A stretch of DNA of 63,068 bases, the filler included, from Candidatus Desantisbacteria bacterium CG1_02_49_89 (GTDB lineage Bacteria > Desantisbacteria > UBA1551): NCBI GenBank assembly GCA_001871075.1. It is 5 parts of 5 records of this genome, joined end to end, with 100 filler letters (N's around TTAATTAATTAA, not from the genome) between each part and the next. Parts side by side here need not be neighbours in the genome. Positions count along the whole stretch, not along the records: positions 1 to 22,610 come from MNUP01000112.1; 4 more parts are not named here. One strand, written 5' to 3'. The position numbers and the translations under genes were made by a program. The stretch's first letter is position 1, and each line of letters opens with the position of its first letter. Shown here in pieces: positions 1 through 8,796 of this stretch. The notes beneath the pieces are model-generated. The model had not been told where the DNA came from. It saw only the letters and a list, made by a program, of their open reading frames with translations, and made no database searches.

Positions 1-800
1 CTGTTGCAATGGGCGAAGCCTTTGTCGCAGCAGCAGACGATATCAATGCCCTGTACTGGAACCCATCCGGCCTGTCCCTATCAGAAGGGAAGCAGGTGAT
101 TTTTACCCACACAGAGTGGTTTCAGGCTATCAGATACGAATATCTTGCTTACTGCCAACCAGCTCTTGGTGGAACCATAGGCACAGGCATAACCTACCTG
201 TATATTACAGATATTGAAAGAAGGGACCTTGCAGGGGTTCTGCTTGGGACTACAGTGCCTGCAAATGACCTTGCAATAGCCGTATCTTACGCTAAAACGC
301 TCTCAGAGCGCCTGAACCTTGGCGGTACAGTCAAGATCATCAACCAGCAGTTGGATGACAAGTCCGCACTTGGCATAGCCGTAGACCTTGGCCTGCAATA
401 CAAGCTGAACAAGGAAGGTCTGATTTTAGGTTTTGCCCTGCAGAACATGGGCTACGAAGCCCCGTTCGTTTTGGAAGCAAGCAGTCTGCCTATGAACCTG
501 AAAGCAGGCATTGCCAATAAGACTGCTGACAACAAGCTTACTCTATCAGCTGACCTGAATTACTCCATCCTTGATTCTATCTGGGCTGTGGGAGCAGGTA
601 TTGAATACTGGGTCCATCCTGTGTTTGCCATAAGGGTAGGATACAAGTATAACAGCGCGATAAACAACACTCTGGGGGCGCTTGCCGGTCTGACCTGCGG
701 AGCCGGGTTCAAGATCGGTATATTGGGTATAGATTACGCGCTCGTTCCTTATGGCGACCTTGGATATAGCCATCGCATATCTTTGCTTGCAAAGTTCTAA
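1..800 (+). CDS. PorV/PorQ-family outer-membrane beta-barrel (5' truncated)
   Basis: MGEAFVAAADDINALYWNPSGL motif typical of FadL/PorV-like barrels; alternating beta-strands; C-terminal SHRISLLAKF aromatic end; frame open from window start. Confidence 0.8.
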   Translation, partial: VAMGEAFVAAADDINALYWNPSGLSLSEGKQVIFTHTEWFQAIRYEYLAYCQPALGGTIGTGITYLYITDIERRDLAGVLLGTTVPANDLAIAVSYAKTLSERLNLGGTVKIINQQLDDKSALGIAVDLGLQYKLNKEGLILGFALQNMGYEAPFVLEASSLPMNLKAGIANKTADNKLTLSADLNYSILDSIWAVGAGIEYWVHPVFAIRVGYKYNSAINNTLGALAGLTCGAGFKIGILGIDYALVPYGDLGYSHRISLLAKF

Positions 801-801
801 T

Positions 802-858
802 CAGTGTCCAGTGTCCAGAACGAGGTTGCTTCGCTTGCGGCTTCGTCTCGCAAAGACA
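802..858. repeat. CAGTGTC heptamer pair plus degenerate GATTGC...CTCGCAATGAC palindromic repeat
   Basis: cagtgtccagtgtccag then gaggttgcttcg...ctcgcaaagaca; same family at 972-1002 and 22424-22508. Confidence 0.6.
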
Positions 859-894
859 TTTGTAAATCTATTTTGCGAAACTCAATAGAGTGTT

Positions 895-920
895 AACCCG
901 TTTCAATGGCGGGTTTTTTT
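895..920 (+). terminator. Rho-independent terminator
   Basis: AACCCG-loop-CGGGTT followed by a T run. Confidence 0.7.
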
Positions 921-926
921 CTTTTC

Positions 927-954
927 TTGACTTTTTATCAGGAAAGTGTATAAT
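927..954 (+). promoter_or_regulatory. sigma70-type promoter
   Basis: TTGACT (927-932) N16 TATAAT (949-954). Confidence 0.7.
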
Positions 955-1058
955 AGTAGAAGATCAGTTCTGGATTGCCACGCCCTTCGGGCTCGCAATG
1001 ACCTACAAACGGTCATCTTGTGAAAATCTAGTGTAATCTTGTGGTTTTAAGGGATAAA

Positions 1059-2225
1059 ATGGAAAGGGAACACATAAAAGTCCTGCTTGTAGAGGATAAT
1101 CCGGGCGATGCCAGGCTGATACAGGAAATGCTCAAAGAGGTGAAGGACGCGGATTTTGAGCTTGAGCAGGCAAGCAGGATATCCGAAGCCGTAAAGCGCG
1201 TTACAGGGAAAGGCATAGACGTGATCCTGCTGGACCTTTCGCTTCCTGACAGCGACGGCCTTGATACCTTTATAAGGGTCAGCGCGAAAGCAGGCGAAAT
1301 ACCCATCGTGGTCATGACCGGCCTTACCGACAGAACGCTTGCCATAAAAGCAGTGCAGGGCGGAGCCCAGGACTATCTTGTCAAGGGCACGGTGGACAGT
1401 AACCTGATTATCCATTCCCTGCGCTACGCCATAGAGCGCAAGAAAGCCGAGCTCAAGCTGAAGGAATTGCAGGAGCAGCTCGCGCAGGCTAACAAAATGG
1501 CCGCGGTCGGCACTCTTACCGGAGGCGTGGCGCACAGGATCAAGGACCCCCTCACTGTTATAATCACCAACATACGCATGATACGGGACCTGATCGAGAA
1601 AGAGAAGGAATCCATCAGTATTGAGGAGCTGCGCGTCATGGCGGAAAAAATTGATTCCGCCTCGGAGTTCGCTCAGAAAACAGTTTCCGACCTGTTCCTT
1701 TTCACGAGGGAATTCATGCTGGAAATGAAGCCGCTGGATGCCGTGGAAGTGATAGAGGGATCTGTTTCTTCTTTGAAAGGGACAGCCTTTGAAAAGATAA
1801 AAATAACCAGGAATTTTGAAAGCGGCCTGCCTGCGGTTTCCGGAAGCAGGGAAAAACTGGCACTGGCTTTTTCGCACATTATACAGAACGCGGTTGAGGC
1901 TATGCCCAGGGGCGGAACACTCGGGATCAAGGCGGTAAAAACGAAGGACGGTAACTGGGTCGAGATAAGCTTCCTGGACAGCGGATGCGGCATACCCGAG
2001 AAAAAACTCCAGAGCATATTCGAACCCTTCTTCACCACGAAAGAGCTTGGCACAGGCCTGGGGTTATCAATAACCCACGAAATAATCGCAAGGCACAAAG
2101 GCGCGATAGAAATCAAAAGCAGAAGTATGCGCAAGGCATCCGAAGATACCGACTGGTATAAAACCGAAGACCCGGAGCGAGGCACCACGGTTACGATCAG
2201 ATTACCAGTAACAAGTAACAAGTAA
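1059..2225 (+). CDS. Hybrid receiver + histidine kinase
   Basis: N-terminal REC domain (VLLVEDNPGD, LLDLSLPD, QDYLVK), HisKA-like GVAHRIKDPL, HATPase (DSGCGI, FFTTK, GTGLGL); ATG 1059 after AAGGGA. Confidence 0.9.
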   Translation: MEREHIKVLLVEDNPGDARLIQEMLKEVKDADFELEQASRISEAVKRVTGKGIDVILLDLSLPDSDGLDTFIRVSAKAGEIPIVVMTGLTDRTLAIKAVQGGAQDYLVKGTVDSNLIIHSLRYAIERKKAELKLKELQEQLAQANKMAAVGTLTGGVAHRIKDPLTVIITNIRMIRDLIEKEKESISIEELRVMAEKIDSASEFAQKTVSDLFLFTREFMLEMKPLDAVEVIEGSVSSLKGTAFEKIKITRNFESGLPAVSGSREKLALAFSHIIQNAVEAMPRGGTLGIKAVKTKDGNWVEISFLDSGCGIPEKKLQSIFEPFFTTKELGTGLGLSITHEIIARHKGAIEIKSRSMRKASEDTDWYKTEDPERGTTVTIRLPVTSNK

Positions 2226-2237
2226 CAAGTAACAAGT
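2207..2237 (+). repeat. Perfect (AGTAACA)4 heptamer array containing the stop codon
   Basis: Four exact copies; TAA at 2223-2225 lies in the array. Confidence 0.9.
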
Positions 2238-2244
2238 TTAATTT

Positions 2245-2328
2245 CAATTATGAATTATGAGTTATGCCCCAAGGGGCATTATGAATCAACAGCATGAATT
2301 TTATTGTAACTCAGGGCTTCAGCCCTGA
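2245..2328 (+). repeat. Composite module: AATTATG array, GCCCCAAGGGGC palindrome, linker, GTAAC-REP hairpin
   Basis: Near-identical reverse complement at 6118-6196; partial copies at 14936, 21049-21168, 22196-22337, 43680-43735. Confidence 0.85.
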
Positions 2329-2435
2329 TGTATCTAAACAGTGTTCACCTGTGGTTTCAAAGGCAGTTGTCAGTTATCAGTTGTCAACAAAAGCCAATAA
2401 TTTCTCTGTGTCTCCGTGCCTCTGTGGTAAAGAAT

Positions 2436-4184
2436 ATGAAAAAGTATATAATTGTAATCCTGCTGTTAACGCTCTCAGGCGTTTTCCTTCCGTGTTTTGC
2501 CTCTGCGAAAACCATAAAAGTCGGGTTGTACCAGAACAAACCGCTTATATTCACCGAAAAGAACGGTGATGAAAGCGGTTTTTATATTGATATCCTTAAA
2601 TACATCGCCAAAAAAGAAGGATGGGAACTGCAATACGTGCGGGGTTCCTGGCAGGAATGCGCGCAGAGGCTACAGGGCGGCGAGATAGACGTACTTGCCG
2701 GCGTTCCATATTCCAAGGAAACCGCGGGAAAATATCTTTTCGCGAATGTCCCGATACTTTCGAACTGGGCGCAGGTTTACACGCTCAAGAATTCCAGGAT
2801 CCAGACGATAATTGACCTGGATAAAAAAACAGTGGCTGGAGTCAAGAACGACATTTATTTCGAAGACCTGAAATCGCAGATCGAGATGCTTTGCCCTACC
2901 TGCAATATAATAGAAATGGAAGATAACGACGCGGTGTTCAATTTCCTGAGCCAGCAGTTTTCCGACGCCGGGATCACGGATGTCCTTTACGGGATGAAGC
3001 ACGAAAGGGAATACGGGCTGGCAGGCGTTTCCATAGTGTCTTCGCCCAAAGAGCTTTATTTCGCCATCCCCTTGAACGGGGACGTGAGGATAATAACCGT
3101 CCTGGACAAGCACCTTTTTGATTTGAAGAATAACGATAATTCCGTGTATCACAGGTCGCTGGACAGGTGGCTCGGAGGCGTGGGCAGGTGGACATTCCCC
3201 GTGTGGCTGGTAGCTATCCTTGTTCTCGCGGGAACGATGCTGGCAATGTTCCTGTTCATGAACAACATACTGAGGCAGCAGGTTCTTGGAAAAACAAACG
3301 AGCTCCTTAAGGTGAACAAGGCGCTGGAGGAGGAAATAAAGGAGCGCAAGTGGGCGCACGACAAGCTGTCCGAGACCCTTATGGACATGGAAAAAAGGAT
3401 AAGGGAAAGAACTTCCGAGCTTTCGCAGTCAAACGAGCTTCTGAAAAAAGAGGTGGCTGAGCGCAGGTTGGCAGAGGAGAAGCTGCAGCAGGCAATGAAT
3501 GACCTTTCACGCTCCAACAGGGAACTCGAACAGTTCGCTTATGTTGTTTCCCACGACCTGAAAGAGCCCCTGAGGATGGTCACAAGCTACCTCCAGCTCC
3601 TTGAGCGCAGGTACAAGGGAAAGCTTGATAAGGACGCGAAGGAATTCATAGATTTTGCCAAAGACGGCGGGAAAAGGATGGAGACGCTTATAGAAGACCT
3701 GCTTTCATATTCGCGGCTCGACACTTTCAGTAAAAGGTTTGAGCAGGTTGACTGCAACGCCATCGTGGACGGCATACTTGATGTCCTCGGGATCGCAATA
3801 GAAAAAAACAGGGCGGAGGTTACGCGCGATCCCCTGCCGGGTGTTATCGCGGACAAGACCCAGCTTGGCCAGGTCTTTCAGAACCTTATCAGCAACGCGC
3901 TTAAATTCCGCAGCAAAAAACCTCCCGCCATTCATGTGGGCGCGCAGCGCGTGGAAGGGGAGTGGCTTTTTAGGATTTCGGACAACGGCATCGGCATAGA
4001 TCCCAAAGACGCGGAACGCGTTTTCGTGATATTCCAGCGCCTTCACTCAAGGGATGAATACCCGGGCACGGGTGTGGGGCTTGCCATATGCAAGAAAATA
4101 GTTGAATATCACGGGGGGAAGATATGGATTGAGTCAGAACCGGGCAAGGGCTCAACGTTTTGCTTTACAATACCGGACAGGTGA
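2436..4184 (+). CDS. Sensor histidine kinase with periplasmic substrate-binding (PBP2) domain
   Basis: Signal peptide MKKYIIVILL, PBPb-like domain (GFYIDIL, GSWQEC, GEIDVL), TM helix, FAYVVSHDLKEPLR HisKA, YPGTGVGLAICKKIV. Confidence 0.9.
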   Translation: MKKYIIVILLLTLSGVFLPCFASAKTIKVGLYQNKPLIFTEKNGDESGFYIDILKYIAKKEGWELQYVRGSWQECAQRLQGGEIDVLAGVPYSKETAGKYLFANVPILSNWAQVYTLKNSRIQTIIDLDKKTVAGVKNDIYFEDLKSQIEMLCPTCNIIEMEDNDAVFNFLSQQFSDAGITDVLYGMKHEREYGLAGVSIVSSPKELYFAIPLNGDVRIITVLDKHLFDLKNNDNSVYHRSLDRWLGGVGRWTFPVWLVAILVLAGTMLAMFLFMNNILRQQVLGKTNELLKVNKALEEEIKERKWAHDKLSETLMDMEKRIRERTSELSQSNELLKKEVAERRLAEEKLQQAMNDLSRSNRELEQFAYVVSHDLKEPLRMVTSYLQLLERRYKGKLDKDAKEFIDFAKDGGKRMETLIEDLLSYSRLDTFSKRFEQVDCNAIVDGILDVLGIAIEKNRAEVTRDPLPGVIADKTQLGQVFQNLISNALKFRSKKPPAIHVGAQRVEGEWLFRISDNGIGIDPKDAERVFVIFQRLHSRDEYPGTGVGLAICKKIVEYHGGKIWIESEPGKGSTFCFTIPDR

Positions 4185-4187
4185 CGT

Positions 4188-4210
4188 GTAGCCGCAAGCT
4201 TCAGCTTGCG
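4188..4210 (+). repeat. GTAG-type REP-like hairpin
   Basis: GTAGC + CGCAAGCT-TC-AGCTTGCG, 3 nt after the stop codon. Confidence 0.7.
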
Positions 4211-4318
4211 TCCACAAGTTAAAAGTCAAATTGTCCCTAAGGGATTCCTGCGTTTAGATTTAATAAGAAATCTGCAGGAATAAATTGCAAAATGTAAATT
4301 TTAAATACAAAAAGAAAC

Positions 4319-4350
4319 AGGGCGGGATTTCCCCGCCCTTTTTATTTTTT
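4319..4350. terminator. Probable bidirectional terminator between convergent genes
   Basis: AGGGCGGG-loop-CCCGCCCT flanked by an A-rich run and a T run. Confidence 0.75.
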
Positions 4351-4382
4351 AACCGGCTGACCGGCTGACCGGCAGACCAACG

Positions 4383-6041
4383 CTATTTCCATTCATACTG
4401 TTCGAGGAATTTAAGCCCGTTTTTGAGGGGATTGAAGGTGACATAAAAGGTGAGGAGCAGGGTGCCTGCCACCGAGATCCAGGCTTCAAGGTTATAAGTC
4501 TGTTTGAAGCCGGCGATGAACAGAAGGAACTGCACTGCCTGCCTGTCAAGAAGGAATATCATCAGGCCCACGTAACCGAGAGCAAAGACCATATACATTA
4601 TCCCGCCGTATGAACCGCCTACCTCAGCAGGATTCTTAGCCTTAAATTTGGGATAGCTCGCTCCCATGCCGACAGCCAGGCCCGTAAGCCCGAGCGTTAT
4701 CAGGAAGACCGCGAACATGCCGGTAAAAAATATTTCCCGGTTTACTTTTAATAATATGCCGGATGTGATCACAAGCACTTCCCCGAGTGCAAGTAAAGGG
4801 ATATAACTCGTCCAGAACTTTTCAGCAAGAAGGGTTTTCATCGGGTACGGCGCGGCTTTCAGGAGCCAGAATCCCTTTCCTTCAAGTGAGATCGCGGGAA
4901 ACGAGAAACGCACGCCTGTCGCGGCTATCACGAAACCGGCGAAACCAAGGTTTATAAAGGATATCAGCACGGTGGAAGATGTCTGAAGCCTGAAAGATTT
5001 AAGGTTGAACATGTAGATCACGCCTATTGCAAGGAAGAGGAATATCTGCGACCACTGGGACACATCCCGCCAGAAAAGTCGCAGATCCCTAAGGAGCAGG
5101 ACGTTGAACATTGATCTCGTGCCCAGCAGTTTTTCAAGCATAAGGAACCTTACAGGCCGTCCGCTTACCTTGTTAAGGGATTTAGTCCAGCTTTCGTAAT
5201 ATATTTTTTCCGCGACCCACTTGCAGAAAACGTATGACGCGCCGGCAGAGCTTAGGAGCATTAGGAAATAAAAGAGCATGTCGGTCGGTTTGCCCCTTAT
5301 CGTGTTGAGGAAAAGGGTGGAAACCCAGTAACTCGGAAGATATGTGGAACTGGGCCCTTTCAGGAAGGTCAGGTAATCCGCAAGCGCGGAAAACCCTTCG
5401 GGGTTGGCCAGCCTTTCCGGCTGCAGGAACCTGAAATAGATCACCAGCACGGCTGCCAGGGCAATACTTATGAAAAGCGTTATTTCCTTTATCCTTTTCA
5501 CGGGATAAACCCTGATCAGCAGCATTGTGAGCATCACGCCGGCACCCGCGGGTATTACCAGGAAGGGAAGCAGGAACACGGGGATAAGCGGGTAAAAAAA
5601 CCAGCTGCTTTTAAGGATTATCCCGTAGGCGAGGAACACGGGTATGCCGAAGAAAAGCACGGCCCACGAGCTCTGCAGGACAGTTTCGAAAAACTTTGAG
5701 GCGAAAATGGATTCCACCCGCAGGGGGCTTGAAAAAAGGAAATGCAGGTCGTTTGATAGGTAATACGTGGAAATAGCCGTAATGACGTTTGAAAAAACAA
5801 GCATCATCAGGAACGTGAGGAATATTATGAAAAGCAGTTTTTCGATAAGGATAGGGCCTATGATTTCAAAGGAATAGAGCCTTGTGAGCAGCCAGTGGAA
5901 CATGAAATAGACGCCCGCAACGAAGGCTAATCCCAGCACCGAGAAAGCGTAAGTCCGCAGCCTGCTTTCCTTCGAAATGCGCGCCGCGGTATTTCTGATG
6001 CCGGCCCAGTAGTTGCGTATAAGCTCGATTGTTTCGTGCAT
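4383..6041 (-). CDS. Putative ABC transporter permease (large multi-TM type)
   Basis: About 14 hydrophobic helices; DLHFLFSSP and FPAISLEGKGFWLLKAAP motifs; co-oriented with ABC ATPase. Confidence 0.8.
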   Translation of the reverse strand: MHETIELIRNYWAGIRNTAARISKESRLRTYAFSVLGLAFVAGVYFMFHWLLTRLYSFEIIGPILIEKLLFIIFLTFLMMLVFSNVITAISTYYLSNDLHFLFSSPLRVESIFASKFFETVLQSSWAVLFFGIPVFLAYGIILKSSWFFYPLIPVFLLPFLVIPAGAGVMLTMLLIRVYPVKRIKEITLFISIALAAVLVIYFRFLQPERLANPEGFSALADYLTFLKGPSSTYLPSYWVSTLFLNTIRGKPTDMLFYFLMLLSSAGASYVFCKWVAEKIYYESWTKSLNKVSGRPVRFLMLEKLLGTRSMFNVLLLRDLRLFWRDVSQWSQIFLFLAIGVIYMFNLKSFRLQTSSTVLISFINLGFAGFVIAATGVRFSFPAISLEGKGFWLLKAAPYPMKTLLAEKFWTSYIPLLALGEVLVITSGILLKVNREIFFTGMFAVFLITLGLTGLAVGMGASYPKFKAKNPAEVGGSYGGIMYMVFALGYVGLMIFLLDRQAVQFLLFIAGFKQTYNLEAWISVAGTLLLTFYVTFNPLKNGLKFLEQYEWK

Positions 6042-6070
6042 CGTGCATCGCCCGTCTTGCGTCGTTAAAT

Positions 6071-6112
6071 CCCTTTCTTTCCCCCTTTGATAAAGGGGGA
6101 TTAGAGGGGGAT
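6071..6112. repeat. CCCCCTTTGATAAAGGGGGA palindromic repeat
   Basis: tccccctttgataaaggggga hairpin plus ttagagggggattt. Confidence 0.6.
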
Positions 6113-6117
6113 TTTTT

Positions 6118-6196
6118 TCAGGGCTGAAGCCCTGAGTTACAATAAAATTCCTTCATTCATAATGCCCCTTGGGGCATAACTCATAATTTATAATTG
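6118..6196 (-). repeat. Composite module, inverted copy of 2245-2328
   Basis: Reverse complement matches except in the short linker; overlaps the ATPase stop at 6188-6190. Confidence 0.85.
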
Positions 6197-6910
6197 AGAG
6201 TTTGGTTTTGTTAGTTGTAAGAACACGTCTTCAAGTTCGCCGGTCCTGCCCATCGAGACTATTTCCTTCGTGGTACCGAGGGCTATAAGGTTTCCATTGT
6301 TTATTATGCCTATCCTGGTGCAGATGTCCTGCGCGAGGTCCAGCGTGTGGGTGGACATGAATATCGTAAGCCCACCTGAAGCGCTGTCCCTGAACAATTC
6401 CTTCACGAGCCTTATGCTCTTGGGGTCAAGCCCCACCATTGGCTCGTCAACCAGGATGACTTTGGGGTCGTGCAGGAAACAGGCGCCCATAACGAGTTTC
6501 TGGCACATCCCGTGCGAGTAGCTTTCTATCAAGTCATCCCTGTACTGTATAAGTTCGAACATCCGCAGGTATCTATCGATTTTCGGGCCGGGATCCTCCA
6601 CGCGGTAAAGGTTCGCGGCAAACTGAAGGAATTCCATGCCTGTGAGTTTGGGGTAGAGGAAGGGCTGGTCAGGGATGTAACCGATCAGTTTTTTGGCTTC
6701 GATCGGATCCTCCTGGATATCGAACCCGGAAACAATAGCCTTTCCTTCGGTGGGCTTGAGCAGGCCTGTAAGCATTTTGATCGTGGTTGTCTTGCCGGCG
6801 CCGTTCGGGCCAAGGAACCCGAATATCTCGCCTTTTCCTATTTCCAGGTTCAGATTATTGACCGCGGTGATCCTGTCAAATTTTTTTACCAGATTGATTG
6901 TTTTTATCAT
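6188..6910 (-). CDS. ABC transporter ATP-binding protein
   Basis: Walker A GPNGAGKTT, signature YSHGM, Walker B ILVDEP, H-loop STH; ATG 6910 after AGGAG. Confidence 0.95.
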   Translation of the reverse strand: MIKTINLVKKFDRITAVNNLNLEIGKGEIFGFLGPNGAGKTTTIKMLTGLLKPTEGKAIVSGFDIQEDPIEAKKLIGYIPDQPFLYPKLTGMEFLQFAANLYRVEDPGPKIDRYLRMFELIQYRDDLIESYSHGMCQKLVMGACFLHDPKVILVDEPMVGLDPKSIRLVKELFRDSASGGLTIFMSTHTLDLAQDICTRIGIINNGNLIALGTTKEIVSMGRTGELEDVFLQLTKPNSQL

Positions 6911-7089
6911 CAGTGCTCCTATTAAATTAACAATTAACAATTTAAAATTTACAATTTAAAATGAAGGAATTTATTTGTATCTTGAATTTAGTAAAAAATC
7001 TGTGGTAATCCGTGTAAATCCGTGGTTAAAAGGCAGTCATTTGTAAAACCCGATAAATTCTCTGTGCCTCTGTGCCTCCGTGGTGAATC

Positions 7090-8586
7090 CTATTTATATT
7101 CTTCAACGGATATCACCAGATTTCCTATCAGCCTTACTAATTCAGCCTGTTTTTCTATGTCCCCGTCCAGAAGCTTGATGTGCGCGGCGTCAACTTCGTT
7201 CTGCCCGAACGTAGGGTCCAGCATTTTCCACCCGCCCGATATATTAACTTCAACCCAGGCATGGTAGAAGAACGAGCCATTGTCTCCTTTGCCCACGGTC
7301 AGCCCGCTGGGGGGCATGTAGACCACGCCTGCCACAGCCCGGGCAGGGATCCTGCAGGCGCGGCACAGCGCGACCAGCAGCACCGCGTGTTCGTTGCAGT
7401 CCCCCCGTTTTTCTTTCATGACGTTTATGGCCGAAGGCAGGGAGAAAGTCGGGACTTTCTTAATGTTATTAAATGCCCACCGGTTCAGGTGTTTTGCTTT
7501 TTCCCATGGCAGGGTGTCGTCTTCGGTGATATCAATGGCGGTATTTACTATTTCGGGTTCATTGGACTGCACGAGCATTGACGGCATCGTGTATTCCCTG
7601 AACTTTTCGCCTGCAAGGTTTTCTTCCTCTTCAAGCCGGCTGTTTATCTCCAGGATTATTTCACCCCCGCTGCCGGAAACCGCCTGCCTTTTACTCGGGG
7701 GCATTATGAAACCTTTTAAGCCCCTCATCCTGACCTTAAGATAAGAGATGCTCCTTGCCGCTTTTATGAAAACATTGGAAGATATGGAAGCCTTTGAAAC
7801 AAGTTCGCCGGCTTCAAATTTTCCGCCTGAAAGAGCCATTTCCTTTGATTCGGTTATCATCTTCATGCCAAGGGCATTTTCTTCCTTTATTACTTCTCCC
7901 TTCATGTTCATCCAGGATGTTGATACCAGTCCCTTGTAATCTTTTTCGACCACGAGTATTTCCTCGTTGTTGAGTTTTTCCTTCCTTTTGAGGGTCACGG
8001 TCATGTATTCGCCCGAGAGGATCTGGGGGTCAAAAAGGTCTATGCGGTACGGCTTCCCGATCTCAAGGTCCTGTTTCACGAGCAGCATGTCCACGGATGA
8101 AGGGAGGTATGTGGCTGCGGTAATAGGGAATTCCTTTTTCGTTTTAGACCCGCCCGAATCCATAACCACTTCCATTTTATCGCCTTTTGCCTTTCCTTCA
8201 ATGACAGCCCTGTAAACATCGGTGAATATGGATATTGAAAAGGAAAGAGGCCTCATGTTTGTCCGGACATAGACCTTTGCGTTGACGTTGGCGTCGTATG
8301 ACTGGTAATCGTATTTGAATTTCATGAAAGTTTCGTCCGTGACGCAGTAGGCATCTTTGCCTTCATAGGTTGTTTTTGTTATATTGAGGTGGGAGTAGCC
8401 GATCTTCTTTTCACCCATGTATATGCCCATCCAGTTGTCGCGTTCCAGTTTTTCATCGGCAATATTTATTTTCCCGAGTTTTACCTGGTCTTTTTCAGCC
8501 CTGGGCAGGTTCCTGGACACCAGCAGCGCTGCCATCACGCAGAAAAACACGATCACCGAAGTCTCGATCCATTTTCGCAGTTTCAT
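7090..8586 (-). CDS. Membrane-anchored transglutaminase-like (Cys-His-Asp) protein
   Basis: N-terminal TM; GDCNEHA, YHAWVEV and LDPT triad motifs. Confidence 0.85.
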   Translation of the reverse strand: MKLRKWIETSVIVFFCVMAALLVSRNLPRAEKDQVKLGKINIADEKLERDNWMGIYMGEKKIGYSHLNITKTTYEGKDAYCVTDETFMKFKYDYQSYDANVNAKVYVRTNMRPLSFSISIFTDVYRAVIEGKAKGDKMEVVMDSGGSKTKKEFPITAATYLPSSVDMLLVKQDLEIGKPYRIDLFDPQILSGEYMTVTLKRKEKLNNEEILVVEKDYKGLVSTSWMNMKGEVIKEENALGMKMITESKEMALSGGKFEAGELVSKASISSNVFIKAARSISYLKVRMRGLKGFIMPPSKRQAVSGSGGEIILEINSRLEEEENLAGEKFREYTMPSMLVQSNEPEIVNTAIDITEDDTLPWEKAKHLNRWAFNNIKKVPTFSLPSAINVMKEKRGDCNEHAVLLVALCRACRIPARAVAGVVYMPPSGLTVGKGDNGSFFYHAWVEVNISGGWKMLDPTFGQNEVDAAHIKLLDGDIEKQAELVRLIGNLVISVEEYK

Positions 8587-8674
8587 TTTTAATCCTTGAT
8601 TTTGTGTTTTTGCGGAAAGTTTTACTTTTGACCTTTGAGCTTTGACCTTTGAGCTGATTTCAAATATAGATATT

Positions 8675-8737
8675 ATTATAAAGGTTTTTAGGAAAAAGTC
8701 AAAGAAAACTTGCTTTTTAGCAAATTTGTATTATAAT
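8675..8737. promoter_or_regulatory. Divergent sigma70-type promoters
   Basis: Minus strand TTGACT (8702-8697) N16 TATAAT (8680-8675); plus strand TTGCTT (8710-8715) N16 TATAAT (8732-8737). Confidence 0.6.
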
Positions 8738-8796
8738 ATAAATGTTCAGAAGTCTGGCCAGGCTTTCTATATAATAAATATAATAAAAGGCAGAAA

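Noticed and set aside
2294-2569. Short ORFs and N-terminal extensions made of repeat DNA (also 9837, 12451, 12512, 26940, 37346, 43884, 50131, 57497)
   Set aside because: They are translations of intergenic arrays; better RBS-linked starts lie downstream
1059-4184. Two kinases with no stand-alone response regulator as a novel system
   Set aside because: Common architectures; partners are often encoded elsewhere
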